The notes: generated from the letters alone by a model not told the origin. A stretch of DNA of 64,000 bases from an uncultured Maribacter sp. (GCA_947504045.1 CANNFY010000005.1:86549-150548); one strand, 5' to 3'. Positions 11,201 to 19,663 are shown, counted from the stretch's first letter. Numbers and translations are program-made.

Positions 11201-14200
11201 GAGAACCCTCTGTTGCAGAGGCCTTTAAACTTGCTCCTGTATTAAAACAAGTAAAATCTGACTCTAAAGTTAAATTTGGTATAATTGCAGTTGGCTCTTC
11301 TAGTATTGCTTCAAAATCTGCAATACAAGAAACCTCATTAACCCTTCTTACTAAAATAGTATATGTACCATCTGCTAAAGTTTCTGCTGATGTTACAGGA
11401 GAAACTAAAGAGGCTGTCCAATTAACGCCACCATCTGTAGAATATTCAAACCCTGTTGCTGCATCAAAATTAGCAACTTCAAAACGAACTGCCCCATCTA
11501 AACTTCCATTACACTTAGGATCAATTGTTCCTAAAAGCGTAGCTGTAAATTCTTTATTATCCTCTACAACTACTTCTATACTTTTAGTGTTTTCACAAAT
11601 TTCAGGTTCTTGTGTAGCTTGTATATCATCTAAAATTAAATCATTACCATCGTTGCTATTTACATTAGACCTAAAAACAATATCTAGGATAGTTTCTGCT
11701 CCAGGATTAAATGTTATGGTACGCTCATGCCAATCTGTGCTACTACTATTTTTTGGAATTTCTGAAGTAGCCTCACTATAAATTACCGTTCCAGAGCTAT
11801 CTAAAATTTCAACTAAAACTTCTGGGTTATTACCATTTCCTGAAACATTCATAAGGTTATAGGCCCAAAAACTTACACTAATTTCTTTATTTGGAAGTAC
11901 TTCAATATCCTGTTTAGTCCATAAAACAGAATTAAGTCTCTCATTACCTGTATCCGAAAAAGTACTTATGTCTATTGCTAAAAATCTACCATCTGTTAAT
12001 CCTGTATGATCCTCAGGACTTGTTAAAGTAGAAATAGGGTTGGTAACAAAATTAGTAACCGTATATTCCCCGTTTACTAAAATTCCTGCCGGACCTCTAT
12101 TACAATTAATAATTGTACCGTCTTGCGGTTCATAACAATAATCTGGTCCTATTTCCGCTATTTGGGTTGTTGTTCCTAATCCAAAATTTTCATAAAATAG
12201 TTTACTTTGGTTTGATGACAGAATTGGTGTATAAGCAATATTAATAGTTTGATTACCATTTGCAACACCTGTAAATACGTTGTTATCTGTTGGTGTATTT
12301 GCTGTACCATTTAAATCATATGCATATTCAAAATCTGTACTATTGGATGGCGTTACTGTTATTGTACCAGCTCCGTCACAATCATATACAACAGTATTTG
12401 AAAATGTTGGATCCGCAATAGCATCTGGAACTGTTAATTCCATATCATACGTACATCCTAAAGCATCTTTTATCGTAATTTGATGGTCTCCTGGTAAAAG
12501 GTTTAATGAATTTACACTACTAAAAGTACCGCCATTAAAACTGTATTCGTAAGGAGATTTACCGCCACTTGGGTTAATAATTTTAACCAATGCTCCTGCA
12601 GGATCACACGAGCTATCTTCTAGTATTGCTGCAGATGCTAATAATCTATAAGGTTGTTCTATTTCATACTCTAAAGTAGCTTCACAGCCAGTACCTGTAT
12701 TTGTACTAGAATCTAAAACTGTTATAGTATATTGTCCTGCTGCCAAATTAACAAAAGTATCTTCGGTTTGGTAATTATTCCCGCCGTCTAAGCTATATTT
12801 ATATGGAGCAGTACCTCCTGTAACTGTTACTTTAAGAGCTGCGGTTGCAGAGTCTGCACATAGAATTTCTGTATTGGTTGCTGAGATATTTAAGCTTCCT
12901 AAATCTTCAATTCTTACAGAGTTTGAATATGCAAAACAGCCATTACCATCTTTTACAATAAATACATAATCGCCATCTTCATTAGGAGTATATACTGTTG
13001 CAGTTGCATCATACCCAAAAAGAAAAGAATTTGTAGTTTGGTATGCAGAATCTGGTATAAGACTAGGGTCTGTATATAAAGGAGTACCATCTTTACTCCA
13101 AATTGCCATTTCATAATCTGGACTTGGCAAGCCACCTTCTGGTGTTACATTTACGATTCCTGCTTTACAAGTAATATTATCATTTGTAATAGCGCTTAAG
13201 GTTAATTCTGGAATACTTTCTACTTCTATCTGTTGCGAATCTGTACAGCCATCTTCCGTTGTAGTTAATACAATATAATCTCCTGCACTAACATTTAGGA
13301 AGGTATGCGTGTTATCACTCTTTGTAACTTTAGGACCAACTACACCACCTAATCCACCAGAACCGTCGTCTAAATAAAGTTCATAACTATAACTTGGCTC
13401 TGCATTTAAAACCTGTGCTGTTATAGTACCAGTTGCATTACAATTAGAAGAGGTAGAACTTAGGTTAACACTAAAATCTTTCTCTAATATTCCTATGTCT
13501 TCTGTCTCAAAAATACAAGCGCCTTCTAAAGGATTATTAGTAATTGGATCTAATTGTGTAATTTGTACTTTATAGGTTCCACTATTTTCAATAGCAAAAC
13601 TAGGTCCATTATTATCTGAAAATGGCACTACTATATTATCATTAATTACATTTACTAATTGAAAACCATAACCAGAACCAACTCCTGTTATTCTAATATT
13701 ACCATCTGTATCACAAAGAATATCAGTTGGCGTCATTACGTCAAAATCTAATTCATTTTTAAACACATTAAAGTAAAAACGACTAAAACAACCATTGTTA
13801 TAGGTTACAGATAAACGATAAATACCTGAAGTATCGGCAGTATAATCATTACCAGTACCTACATTATCCCAAGAACAACTTAGGTTTCTGTTTAAGCAAC
13901 CTTCTGGTTGTAATGTACAACTCGTTTCATTTAACTTTTCCCAATTAAGACCGCCAGGAGCATCTGTAATATTCATCTGTAATAAAGCACTATCTAATGC
14001 TCCACATAAAAATATATCTACATATTGTGTAGTACCATCGGAACAGTCTACACCTGTTTCTCCTTGAATATCATTATCTGGATTTGAATCACTATTTACT
14101 TGGTTAAAATAATCTACAATTGGGTTTGTTTGTGTCTCACCAAATCTGGATACATTAATAACCTCTATTGCATCTGGACAACTCCCATCTGAAGTTTTTT

Positions 14201-17200
14201 CTACAATATAAGTTCCTACACTTGTTATTAATAAAGTACTTGGATCATTATCTGGATCAGCATTAAGTTCTGTATCACCCGCATCTACTTGCCCATTAGA
14301 ATTTGTATCTAAATACCACTGATAAGACACAAAACCTTGACCAGCTATTAATGTTGCATTATCACCACAAAGTTGCTCCTCTCTTGGTTCATTACAGCTA
14401 GTAAGATTATCTTGAATAGAATTTGATGCAACCTCTAAGTCTATTGGGCATCCGCCTATGGAATTTGAACCATTTTCATCTGTAAATGTATTGGTATTAA
14501 TTACCCCTTGATAGGTTGAGTATGCGTTATTTTCTAACTCTGAAGAACAAGCATCTACAAAACTAGAACAACTTGTTTCAATAGTAACTCTAATACGAAT
14601 TATATATTCAGGATCCCCTACCTCAACTAAGTTATCTGGCACCTGAAAGTTTAATGTATGGTTTGTAATATCATGATTATAAGTAGTTCCTAAAGCCCCA
14701 GAAACATTTACACTTTCCAATATGATATTATTTGGAAGAACATTTCTGATGGTGTAATTAGTTGCATCATCATCCCCAGTATTTTGAAAACGTAAAACAT
14801 ATTCAAATGTTTGTCCTAGGCTTACACTTTGTCCATTTATATCATTACCTCCTAAATCTTCTGCTGTATTTCCTAAATAAATTATAGGAGCAATAACTTT
14901 AACATATGATGCTGCATTTACAGTTCCGTTGGTTGTATCTACTACAGGTGTTCCTGAGCCATATTCTCCATCATCGCCACCATCTGCATTTTCATCTTTG
15001 TAATATTCATTAGCATCGCTACAACCATCACCATCACTATCTAAATCTAAATGATTTTGAAATCCATCTGCATCATCATCACAAGCAGCGGTTAAAAGAA
15101 GACCATTCATATTTGTAGTGCCAGAAATATTCTGACCTATAGTAACAGTATTAACACTACCCCAAGAAATAGTTGCTGCAGGGTTAGTTAAAAACAATTC
15201 TTCTAATTCTCCATTAGATGTTCTGGAACCAAAAAGCTTAAATTCTCCTAATTCATTTATAACCACACGTATTAATGGACTACCAGGAGTTCCTGATAAT
15301 GTAGAAATATTTGGGTTTCCGCTCTCGCCATACCCTGTGCCGTCTAAAAAACGAACTAAATTTCCGGAGTTTGTATCAAATTGAATTTCTCCGGCTACAT
15401 CCGTTCCGTTTATATCTAGATTAAAAGAATTATCAAAACTTAATATATCTAAAATCAAATAATTATTAGCTGTTGATAAAGCACTTTCGAACGAATCTCC
15501 AGAAGAAATACTAAATATAGAATTTGTGCATTCTTCTGCATCATAAATTCCATCATTATCATCATCTAAATCTTCAATATCAATAATACCATCCTTATCA
15601 AAATCATTATGAATAGTAATGTTTGCACTTGGATAATCTTGTGTAGTATTAGTATCTATTTGATCTTGTGAGTTTGTTGCAGTATTGGTTAAACTAAGTA
15701 ACGGCAAGGTATCAATCTCATCCGCTTGTACTTCCAATTCTAATTCTGCTGTTTCACCACCTTCTAAGGTTCCTATATTCCATGCATTACCACTAAAAGA
15801 ACCTGTAATAGTAAAACTAGATGTTAGTGTTAATCCTGCTGGAATATTATCTGTTATTACTAAATTAGTAAGAGGTCCAACTCCTAAGTTTCTTACATGA
15901 ATTGTAAAAGTTGCTGTTTCTCCTTCAATAATTTCAGGCTTATCTACTGTCTTATTTATGATTACATCTGGGTCGCAATATAATGCTTGTATAACATTAG
16001 AATCGTATGTACAAGGTCCTTTAGTTCCTCTAACAAAATATTCTCCCGCTACATTTGGTGCATAACTAGGATTGTTTTCTCCAGGAATAAGAACTCCATC
16101 TCCAAACCATTGGTACGCATCAAAATTTCCGGTAGCTTCAAATATTGTAGAGCCTACAAAACATCCGGTTCCCCCTCTAATTTCTAATTCTACAGAAGGA
16201 ACGGTATCAAAACCAGAAAAATAACCAGCAACCCCTCTTGCTCCATTATAACCAAAAAAGCCAATTGCCATAGGACCCGTTGACTGCACACTAACATTCC
16301 CATCCAAATTTGGTATATAAAAAGTTTTCCAATCTGAAGAACCTGCAACTGTAACATGCGGAGGTAAAGTAACAGCGCCACCACTATCTGTAACAATAAT
16401 ATTAGCATCTGGTGTATTAACCGCAGCAATAATGGTTAAACCTCCACTTACATCGGTTCCAGCCATATTTCTAATATCTGGAATATTATCCATAGTATCT
16501 GGCAGCAAACAATTTACCGGAGCCACAAAATTTAATCCCTGAGTATAAACTGCACTTGCGCCTGCCATACACTGGTATGCGTAAACATCTTTTGAGGTCT
16601 GAATAAACATATTTGCCCCAACAGTATTGGAAGAATAATAACTACTTGGAACTTCATAAAAATCACCTTCATCAATAGTAGCGATAGGTGTTCCTGAGCC
16701 ATTTACAAATATTTGTGTATTATCTGAAGTTGCTATTAAAAAAGGAAATTCTGTAGTTCCATTTACATTACCGTTACCTCTTACAAAAACATATTCTTTT
16801 CCTAATTTATTTACAGGAACTGGTTGATCAATACCTGCATCTCTATTAGTAGCATTGACTTGTCTTCCGTAATTAATAGAACCATTACTAATTACAATAT
16901 CTTTATTAGACTCTATGGATGCACCAATAAAACCGTAACTATTTGCATCTGTTGGGTTATTACCTCTATAATTTTCAAAAACAAAAGATTCATTTGCATT
17001 TAAATTAATTGTATATGTATTAGCAGTAATACCAGCTACATTGTTACCAACCCTAAATTCGCAATCTGGATCATAACCAAAAACATTTACTGTTGTATTA
17101 TCTTCTGTAGCCATAATACCAAGCGTATTAGACTTAGAAACATGTGATCCTAAATTTGGAACACCTCCCCATTTAAAACTAGTCCCCATTGCAGCTCGCC

Positions 17201-17606
17201 CCTTTGAGGTTAATGATGCAGATTGAGCAGCACTACTACCTCGGTAATTAACATAAAAAGAATTTCCACTAGGAGACTCAAAACGTAAACCACTATTACT
17301 AATAACCACCCCTGTATTAGCATTATCTACCAAAATAATATTATTATCTCCATTGCTTAAAGTATATACCGCAGGAGAAACATTTGAAATATTAAATGTG
17401 GCAATTGGAGTCGTACTTGTACCCAAATATGCATTAACTACAAAAGTTGTTGGCTCTGGTGTGGAAAGATATACTGCTTGTTGTTGTATACCCGCATTAT
17501 TTTGCCCTTGTTTTAAAGGTGGTAAATAATGTAAATCACTTAATTGCGCTTGAACAGAAAAGGTTAATAATAGAGCAAAAAATAGAAAAAATATCTTTTG
17601 TTTCAT
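5274..17606 (-). CDS. giant (4110 aa) cell-surface adhesin: SprB-repeat protein with a T9SS type-B (gliding motility-associated) C-terminal sorting domain
   Basis: Single uninterrupted ORF with signal peptide MKQKIFFLFFALLLTFSVQA. It has dozens of repeats carrying the C.G..(D/N)G.I.V...GG..P(Y/F).Y signature of SprB repeats, DUF11-like and Asp-rich calcium-binding segments, and a C-terminal IPNAFTPNGDGKNDYW motif. Confidence 0.9.
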   Translation of the reverse strand: MKQKIFFLFFALLLTFSVQAQLSDLHYLPPLKQGQNNAGIQQQAVYLSTPEPTTFVVNAYLGTSTTPIATFNISNVSPAVYTLSNGDNNIILVDNANTGVVISNSGLRFESPSGNSFYVNYRGSSAAQSASLTSKGRAAMGTSFKWGGVPNLGSHVSKSNTLGIMATEDNTTVNVFGYDPDCEFRVGNNVAGITANTYTINLNANESFVFENYRGNNPTDANSYGFIGASIESNKDIVISNGSINYGRQVNATNRDAGIDQPVPVNKLGKEYVFVRGNGNVNGTTEFPFLIATSDNTQIFVNGSGTPIATIDEGDFYEVPSSYYSSNTVGANMFIQTSKDVYAYQCMAGASAVYTQGLNFVAPVNCLLPDTMDNIPDIRNMAGTDVSGGLTIIAAVNTPDANIIVTDSGGAVTLPPHVTVAGSSDWKTFYIPNLDGNVSVQSTGPMAIGFFGYNGARGVAGYFSGFDTVPSVELEIRGGTGCFVGSTIFEATGNFDAYQWFGDGVLIPGENNPSYAPNVAGEYFVRGTKGPCTYDSNVIQALYCDPDVIINKTVDKPEIIEGETATFTIHVRNLGVGPLTNLVITDNIPAGLTLTSSFTITGSFSGNAWNIGTLEGGETAELELEVQADEIDTLPLLSLTNTATNSQDQIDTNTTQDYPSANITIHNDFDKDGIIDIEDLDDDNDGIYDAEECTNSIFSISSGDSFESALSTANNYLILDILSFDNSFNLDINGTDVAGEIQFDTNSGNLVRFLDGTGYGESGNPNISTLSGTPGSPLIRVVINELGEFKLFGSRTSNGELEELFLTNPAATISWGSVNTVTIGQNISGTTNMNGLLLTAACDDDADGFQNHLDLDSDGDGCSDANEYYKDENADGGDDGEYGSGTPVVDTTNGTVNAASYVKVIAPIIYLGNTAEDLGGNDINGQSVSLGQTFEYVLRFQNTGDDDATNYTIRNVLPNNIILESVNVSGALGTTYNHDITNHTLNFQVPDNLVEVGDPEYIIRIRVTIETSCSSFVDACSSELENNAYSTYQGVINTNTFTDENGSNSIGGCPIDLEVASNSIQDNLTSCNEPREEQLCGDNATLIAGQGFVSYQWYLDTNSNGQVDAGDTELNADPDNDPSTLLITSVGTYIVEKTSDGSCPDAIEVINVSRFGETQTNPIVDYFNQVNSDSNPDNDIQGETGVDCSDGTTQYVDIFLCGALDSALLQMNITDAPGGLNWEKLNETSCTLQPEGCLNRNLSCSWDNVGTGNDYTADTSGIYRLSVTYNNGCFSRFYFNVFKNELDFDVMTPTDILCDTDGNIRITGVGSGYGFQLVNVINDNIVVPFSDNNGPSFAIENSGTYKVQITQLDPITNNPLEGACIFETEDIGILEKDFSVNLSSTSSNCNATGTITAQVLNAEPSYSYELYLDDGSGGLGGVVGPKVTKSDNTHTFLNVSAGDYIVLTTTEDGCTDSQQIEVESIPELTLSAITNDNITCKAGIVNVTPEGGLPSPDYEMAIWSKDGTPLYTDPSLIPDSAYQTTNSFLFGYDATATVYTPNEDGDYVFIVKDGNGCFAYSNSVRIEDLGSLNISATNTEILCADSATAALKVTVTGGTAPYKYSLDGGNNYQTEDTFVNLAAGQYTITVLDSSTNTGTGCEATLEYEIEQPYRLLASAAILEDSSCDPAGALVKIINPSGGKSPYEYSFNGGTFSSVNSLNLLPGDHQITIKDALGCTYDMELTVPDAIADPTFSNTVVYDCDGAGTITVTPSNSTDFEYAYDLNGTANTPTDNNVFTGVANGNQTINIAYTPILSSNQSKLFYENFGLGTTTQIAEIGPDYCYEPQDGTIINCNRGPAGILVNGEYTVTNFVTNPISTLTSPEDHTGLTDGRFLAIDISTFSDTGNERLNSVLWTKQDIEVLPNKEISVSFWAYNLMNVSGNGNNPEVLVEILDSSGTVIYSEATSEIPKNSSSTDWHERTITFNPGAETILDIVFRSNVNSNDGNDLILDDIQATQEPEICENTKSIEVVVEDNKEFTATLLGTIDPKCNGSLDGAVRFEVANFDAATGFEYSTDGGVNWTASLVSPVTSAETLADGTYTILVRRVNEVSCIADFEAILEEPTAIIPNLTLESDFTCFNTGASLKASATEGSPGYEYQLEDSSNTVIRAYQTEDIFTNVPEGSYVVRVKDANNCEVVSTTPLAVTKPEDIVFGLTQSPACYNGLSNASITALVTAGNGDYQFRINNGAWMSPDAATPTTYTFSGLSEGIYNIEVTDAYNCMSAVQTITIEPSLEAEVSTTDVSACADGSITVNASGGDGNYEYAFVNAGATIQDTDFNATNTFTVTNATVGNYDVYVRDNANTSPYCQFMKTVEVKSSPVLAVTAVPTDAVCYGESGSIAVSITSGLSPFTYELVDVDNGTSSQTQSGVVGTTKTYFNLAPGNYDVIITDANSCTETVSGILISEPEELSATITSITPANCTGDVNDFGFAFNAYPTTLGTIEFSADGGSTWVGDNSIVGTTDQLTGYLSGTTVYPSMRTIDGSGNTVCQVDLEPYIIPYPLDDLDITILPIIVDCDKLEVTVRGQNGSAPYEYTYSEDPANFDSVTPANGWTTPYASGVTHTFLGLIPGRTYSFYVRDAAGCVRQSSVNVNDIITNPMDITGEVTPSCNAANNGEITYTVTDTDGSTEPEMNWTLYDINDAVITTSGGNIPYSNTITITGLSSNEYYIVVTQVDSGGVSQCTSASENQILEELDVITATPNRIQDISCESPGIILVDNIQGGGGTYRYTVTGPSPFTTITGTTDNPIEIPSNSPAGTYNIEISDQYGCSSPLAGVTLSLTANPTIDSIEIDNCDTSATVNVSASSSSAAPILYSIDGVNYEDNGGVFTDIASGSYTISIKDGNGCEASQAIQVEPTLQASAKLTKSLGCGAGNEAEIEIEVTFGSGNYEYEILSTSGTLVARQALTTNPLTELITTADTYTVNVYDTNTSSPECNRSFEVEVPVATTPDFSVVPYHVSCYGAADGKIVITPTNNGVSPLTYTISPNVGTFNAATTTFENLPGDDYVITATGINGCMAIQSNISVIPVLEPNDITFDMPMVTPFACTSNNSVNNAIITIDETSINGGTTTYVRYEFIEDASGNVLQSGTDLSYTHTNVSAVDVDILVRVYDDHNCSGETIVTIPAFETLTSASISVDESISCVNLGEDISITPLGGSPVGPLSVTNYEFSIVPSGVYQDSNVFVDLQPDTYTFAVRNKNTGCEITVEHTVEEPNTFNVTAEVLTNAVCFGDDGSVQFTISDATYTNNFTLNIYNTQGTPNDDSDDSLTYTENNVPIGQTAPIFIPAGSYFVELIQDNLPNCSQKRAFTITTPTAPVTIAAIDVEHAGCNNNQGSAIIQPLGGEATYSISITNTTTGMPISTVNNVNSHHFKDLTSGVYSIQVVDALGCTENFVNAFEILLPDPISGTITATELSCAGDTNAEVNFSVNSRNVTPEYRYVLNEYNDSSGSVLLQSTVSQTNATFENLDSGFYSVFVLDDMECSYESEIVEIIEPSDIIGTLIVTETLGCTSDAELELSAVGGTAPYTWSADGITFNAMNETNGANTHLFQNVGVGSYQYYIKDDFNCVSTVSNGVEINEIETLTVTVNTDGALISCNGDNTAVIVASANGGLGDYQYALYADAGLTNEIRPYQSTGVFSDLTAGNYYVNVQSQDCSEISEEVIVVEPLLLEVNPIITNVSCKGDDNGSVVLNVQGGSGEYQYAISPNLNQFFDDNTFEDLEPGDYTVIVQDSNNCFDIIEFSIDEPEALEIDLSSTPEICAGDENGTVSITVQGGTAPYSSSINSNADIDFVEGRLTFDSLAGGDYIIFVKDANGCITNKNIAVENGANINADVTVNYECSGDVPQTNVQVTLEDLSVASDVLYGLDTDDPNEMVFESNFENLVPGEHFITIAHSNGCINILEFEVEEFEPLFLELEQRNLNEITAVVIGGREEYTYYFDDVDNGNDNTFYIRETRDYVVRVVDANGCESFETIFMEFIDIEIPNAFTPNGDGKNDYWIPKNIEQFPDIWINIYDRYGRKVYTLKDNPQGWDGFYNDNNLPTGDYWYIIKLNGENDTREFVGHFTLYR
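5277..5540 (-). other. T9SS type-B C-terminal sorting domain (last 88 aa of the giant protein)
   Basis: IEIPNAFTPNGDGKNDYWIPKNIEQFPDIWINIYDRYGRKVYTLKDNPQGWDGFYNDNNLPTGDYWYIIKL...FTLYR. The FTPNGDG.ND, I.NR.G..V, WDG and G.Y.Y blocks are typical of the CHU_C / gliding-motility C-terminal domain. Confidence 0.85.
5541..11594 (-). repeat. long tandem array of diverged SprB-type Ig-like repeats (protein level, about 75-85 aa each)
   Basis: The same motif recurs throughout, for example CYGESGSIAVSITSGLSPFTYEL, CADGSITVNASGGDGNYEYAF, CKGDDNGSVVLNVQGGSGEYQYAI and CAGDENGTVSITVQGGTAPYSSSI. The DNA copies are too diverged to align by eye. Confidence 0.7.
11607..12200 (-). other. roughly 200-aa non-repeat insertion (jelly-roll / carbohydrate-binding-module-like) interrupting the SprB repeat array
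   Basis: Residues about 1803-2000 (SKLFYENFGLG...GEYTVTNFV...DGRFLAIDIS...ISVSFWAYNL...VEILDSSG...WHERTITF...DLILDDIQAT) lack the Cys/GG..PY repeat signature and look like a beta-sandwich lectin/CBM. The assignment is tentative. Confidence 0.35.
12207..13739 (-). repeat. first block of SprB-type repeats (upstream of the CBM-like insertion)
   Basis: Repeats such as CDTDGNIRITGVGSGYGFQL, CNATGTITAQVLNAEPSYSYEL, CADSATAALKVTVTGGTAPYKYSL and CDPAGALVKIINPSGGKSPYEYSF. Confidence 0.6.
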
Positions 17607-17799
17607 TTTATATGGTTGACGTTGTTATTCTTAAAACTCATCTAAAAAAGTAAACATGCGCAGCCCACACAATAAAATGTTGTAAAGTATCTCTATAATG
17701 TTGTAAACCAACAATCTTTTTTAAAACATGTAGGAAATATTAAGAAATGTAGGAGAAATTATTACTATTTAAAATCTATTAAAAAATAAAAAAACACCT

Positions 17800-18882
17800 T
17801 TAAACAATGCTTTTTGCTTTTAAAAAAGTAGTAATTATTTCATCTAAAATATCTTGCACTTTGGGGTCTGTACAATTAATTAAAATAGAAAACACCATTT
17901 CTTCTTTTGGATATACATAAAAGTTAGAATACCCTCCAACCCCATTACCTATATGCCCGTAATAAGGTCTTCCATTATTATCTTCACTTACCTGCCAACC
18001 TAAACCATAGTAGGTGCTTTTACTGTTAATAGTTTCTGAAGTTAAAAATGGCTGCAAAACTTTTTTATCTAAAACTTTTTCATCTAAAAAAGCTTGCCCA
18101 AAATTTGCAATATCTTCTGAGGTAGAAAGAAAGCCACCTCCTGCTAATTTATAATAATTATTTACTGCAATTGCGTCTCTAAACCCCAGTCTATTTTTAG
18201 AATAAAAAGACGCTATATTGATGTAATTATTTTTTTGTATTTCTGCAACAGTATTTTTAAGTTTCAACGGCTGCAATACTTTTTTATTTACATACTCTTC
18301 AAAAGGAATTTTACTAACTTCTTGCATTGCTAAAGAAATTAAAACCCAATCTAAACTAGTATAATGGTAATCTGTTCCGGGCTTAAATAGCAAAGGATCG
18401 TCTTTAAAAAATGTAATACTTTCTTTTATAGTATAGGGCTTATTTAAACCAAACTCTATTCCTTTATAACTTCTTATTCCTGCTGTATGGCTTGCTAATT
18501 GTCTAATTGTAAAATCCCACTCTTTTTTTGGATAATATGGCACGTAATAATAGAAAGAAGTATCTAAATCTATACTTCCTTCTGAAACCATATTTGCTAG
18601 TGCTGTTGCCGCAATTGGCTTAGAAACACTAGCTATTCTAAATTTTGTATGTAAAGGATCTATTGGCGAACGTGTTTCTATATTAGCATAACCATACCCC
18701 CTTTGAAATATAGTTTTTCCTTTTTCTAAAACTGTTATTGCTAAACCTGGTATTCTTTTTTCTGAAACTAATTTTTGTAAAAGAACATCTGCTTTTACCA
18801 AATTAGGTAAAGCTGTTTCTTCTCCAATTACTCTTTTAGATAAAAAAAGCTTTTTTAGATAACCTAAAACTGGATTTTTCAT
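17800..18882 (-). CDS. serine hydrolase, beta-lactamase / penicillin-binding-protein family
   Basis: S-x-x-K motif (ASVSKP) about 85 aa from the N-terminus, HTAGI block, and length typical of class-C-like esterases. Confidence 0.75.
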   Translation of the reverse strand: MKNPVLGYLKKLFLSKRVIGEETALPNLVKADVLLQKLVSEKRIPGLAITVLEKGKTIFQRGYGYANIETRSPIDPLHTKFRIASVSKPIAATALANMVSEGSIDLDTSFYYYVPYYPKKEWDFTIRQLASHTAGIRSYKGIEFGLNKPYTIKESITFFKDDPLLFKPGTDYHYTSLDWVLISLAMQEVSKIPFEEYVNKKVLQPLKLKNTVAEIQKNNYINIASFYSKNRLGFRDAIAVNNYYKLAGGGFLSTSEDIANFGQAFLDEKVLDKKVLQPFLTSETINSKSTYYGLGWQVSEDNNGRPYYGHIGNGVGGYSNFYVYPKEEMVFSILINCTDPKVQDILDEIITTFLKAKSIV

Positions 18883-18896
18883 AACAAATAAATTAC

Positions 18897-19658
18897 TTAA
18901 TTAGTTATAAAAATAAGCTGCCCTGTATATAAAGTTTCTACAGATACCGTAGGAGGATTTGTAAAACTTTGTACATCTCCTGTTCCTCTTACTATTCCAA
19001 TTATACTTTCTTGAGGGTTAATTAACAAATCGTTAGAACCCCTATGATTAAAGTTAACATTAGTTGCATTAAGGCCTTGCGTATTTATCCTAGAATCTCC
19101 TGATGCAATTACTACATTTAAATTATTTACTTGCCCCGTAAGATTAAAATAAGAATTACCATTTACTACTATAGAAACAGTAGTAGCGTTTATATCTAAT
19201 AAAAACTCGCCATCTGTAGTTTCTGCTTCGGGCTCTCCATAACTTTCCGACAATAAGCTTAAATTAGGATAAGACAACACTCCGTCACTTTGTATAGGCC
19301 AACTTGTACTGCTACGTATTTCTGTAATATTAGGTGCTGTAACATAAATTTTTGTTACGCCATAATCTCTAACAAAATTGCAATTATTATCATCTCTTAA
19401 AATTAACCTATCGCCTTCAACAACTGCAGTTACTTCTTCTCTTAAAAACTCTCCAGTTTCTATCGCAACTTTTTGTTCTCCTTCTTTTAAAATAAGCTCA
19501 ATATTTTCAAAAACAGTTATCTTAGAAAAATTAGAAACATCTACTTCCTCTATACTAATATCTCCTGCAGCCTGAAAACAATCTGGTGCATTTGTAGAAG
19601 TACATGCTAGGTTAATTCCTATTAAAAAAAGTAATATGTATTTTATTTTTTTTACCAC
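18897..19658 (-). CDS. DUF2807 / head GIN-domain lipoprotein (putative auto-transporter adhesin head-like)
   Basis: Lipoprotein signal ..LIGINLAC. Beta-helix-like repeats with the FSKI.V...IEL.L..G pattern typical of DUF2807. The start codon in the track is GTG (verified), and no nearby ATG preserves the signal peptide. Confidence 0.6.
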   Translation of the reverse strand: MVKKIKYILLFLIGINLACTSTNAPDCFQAAGDISIEEVDVSNFSKITVFENIELILKEGEQKVAIETGEFLREEVTAVVEGDRLILRDDNNCNFVRDYGVTKIYVTAPNITEIRSSTSWPIQSDGVLSYPNLSLLSESYGEPEAETTDGEFLLDINATTVSIVVNGNSYFNLTGQVNNLNVVIASGDSRINTQGLNATNVNFNHRGSNDLLINPQESIIGIVRGTGDVQSFTNPPTVSVETLYTGQLIFITN

Positions 19659-19663
19659 TCTAT

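Noticed and set aside
5541-13739. Whether the periodic structure in the giant gene could be a CRISPR array or a satellite
   Set aside because: The periodicity exists at the protein level (units of about 75-85 aa) inside one open frame. There are no identical short DNA repeats separated by unique spacers.
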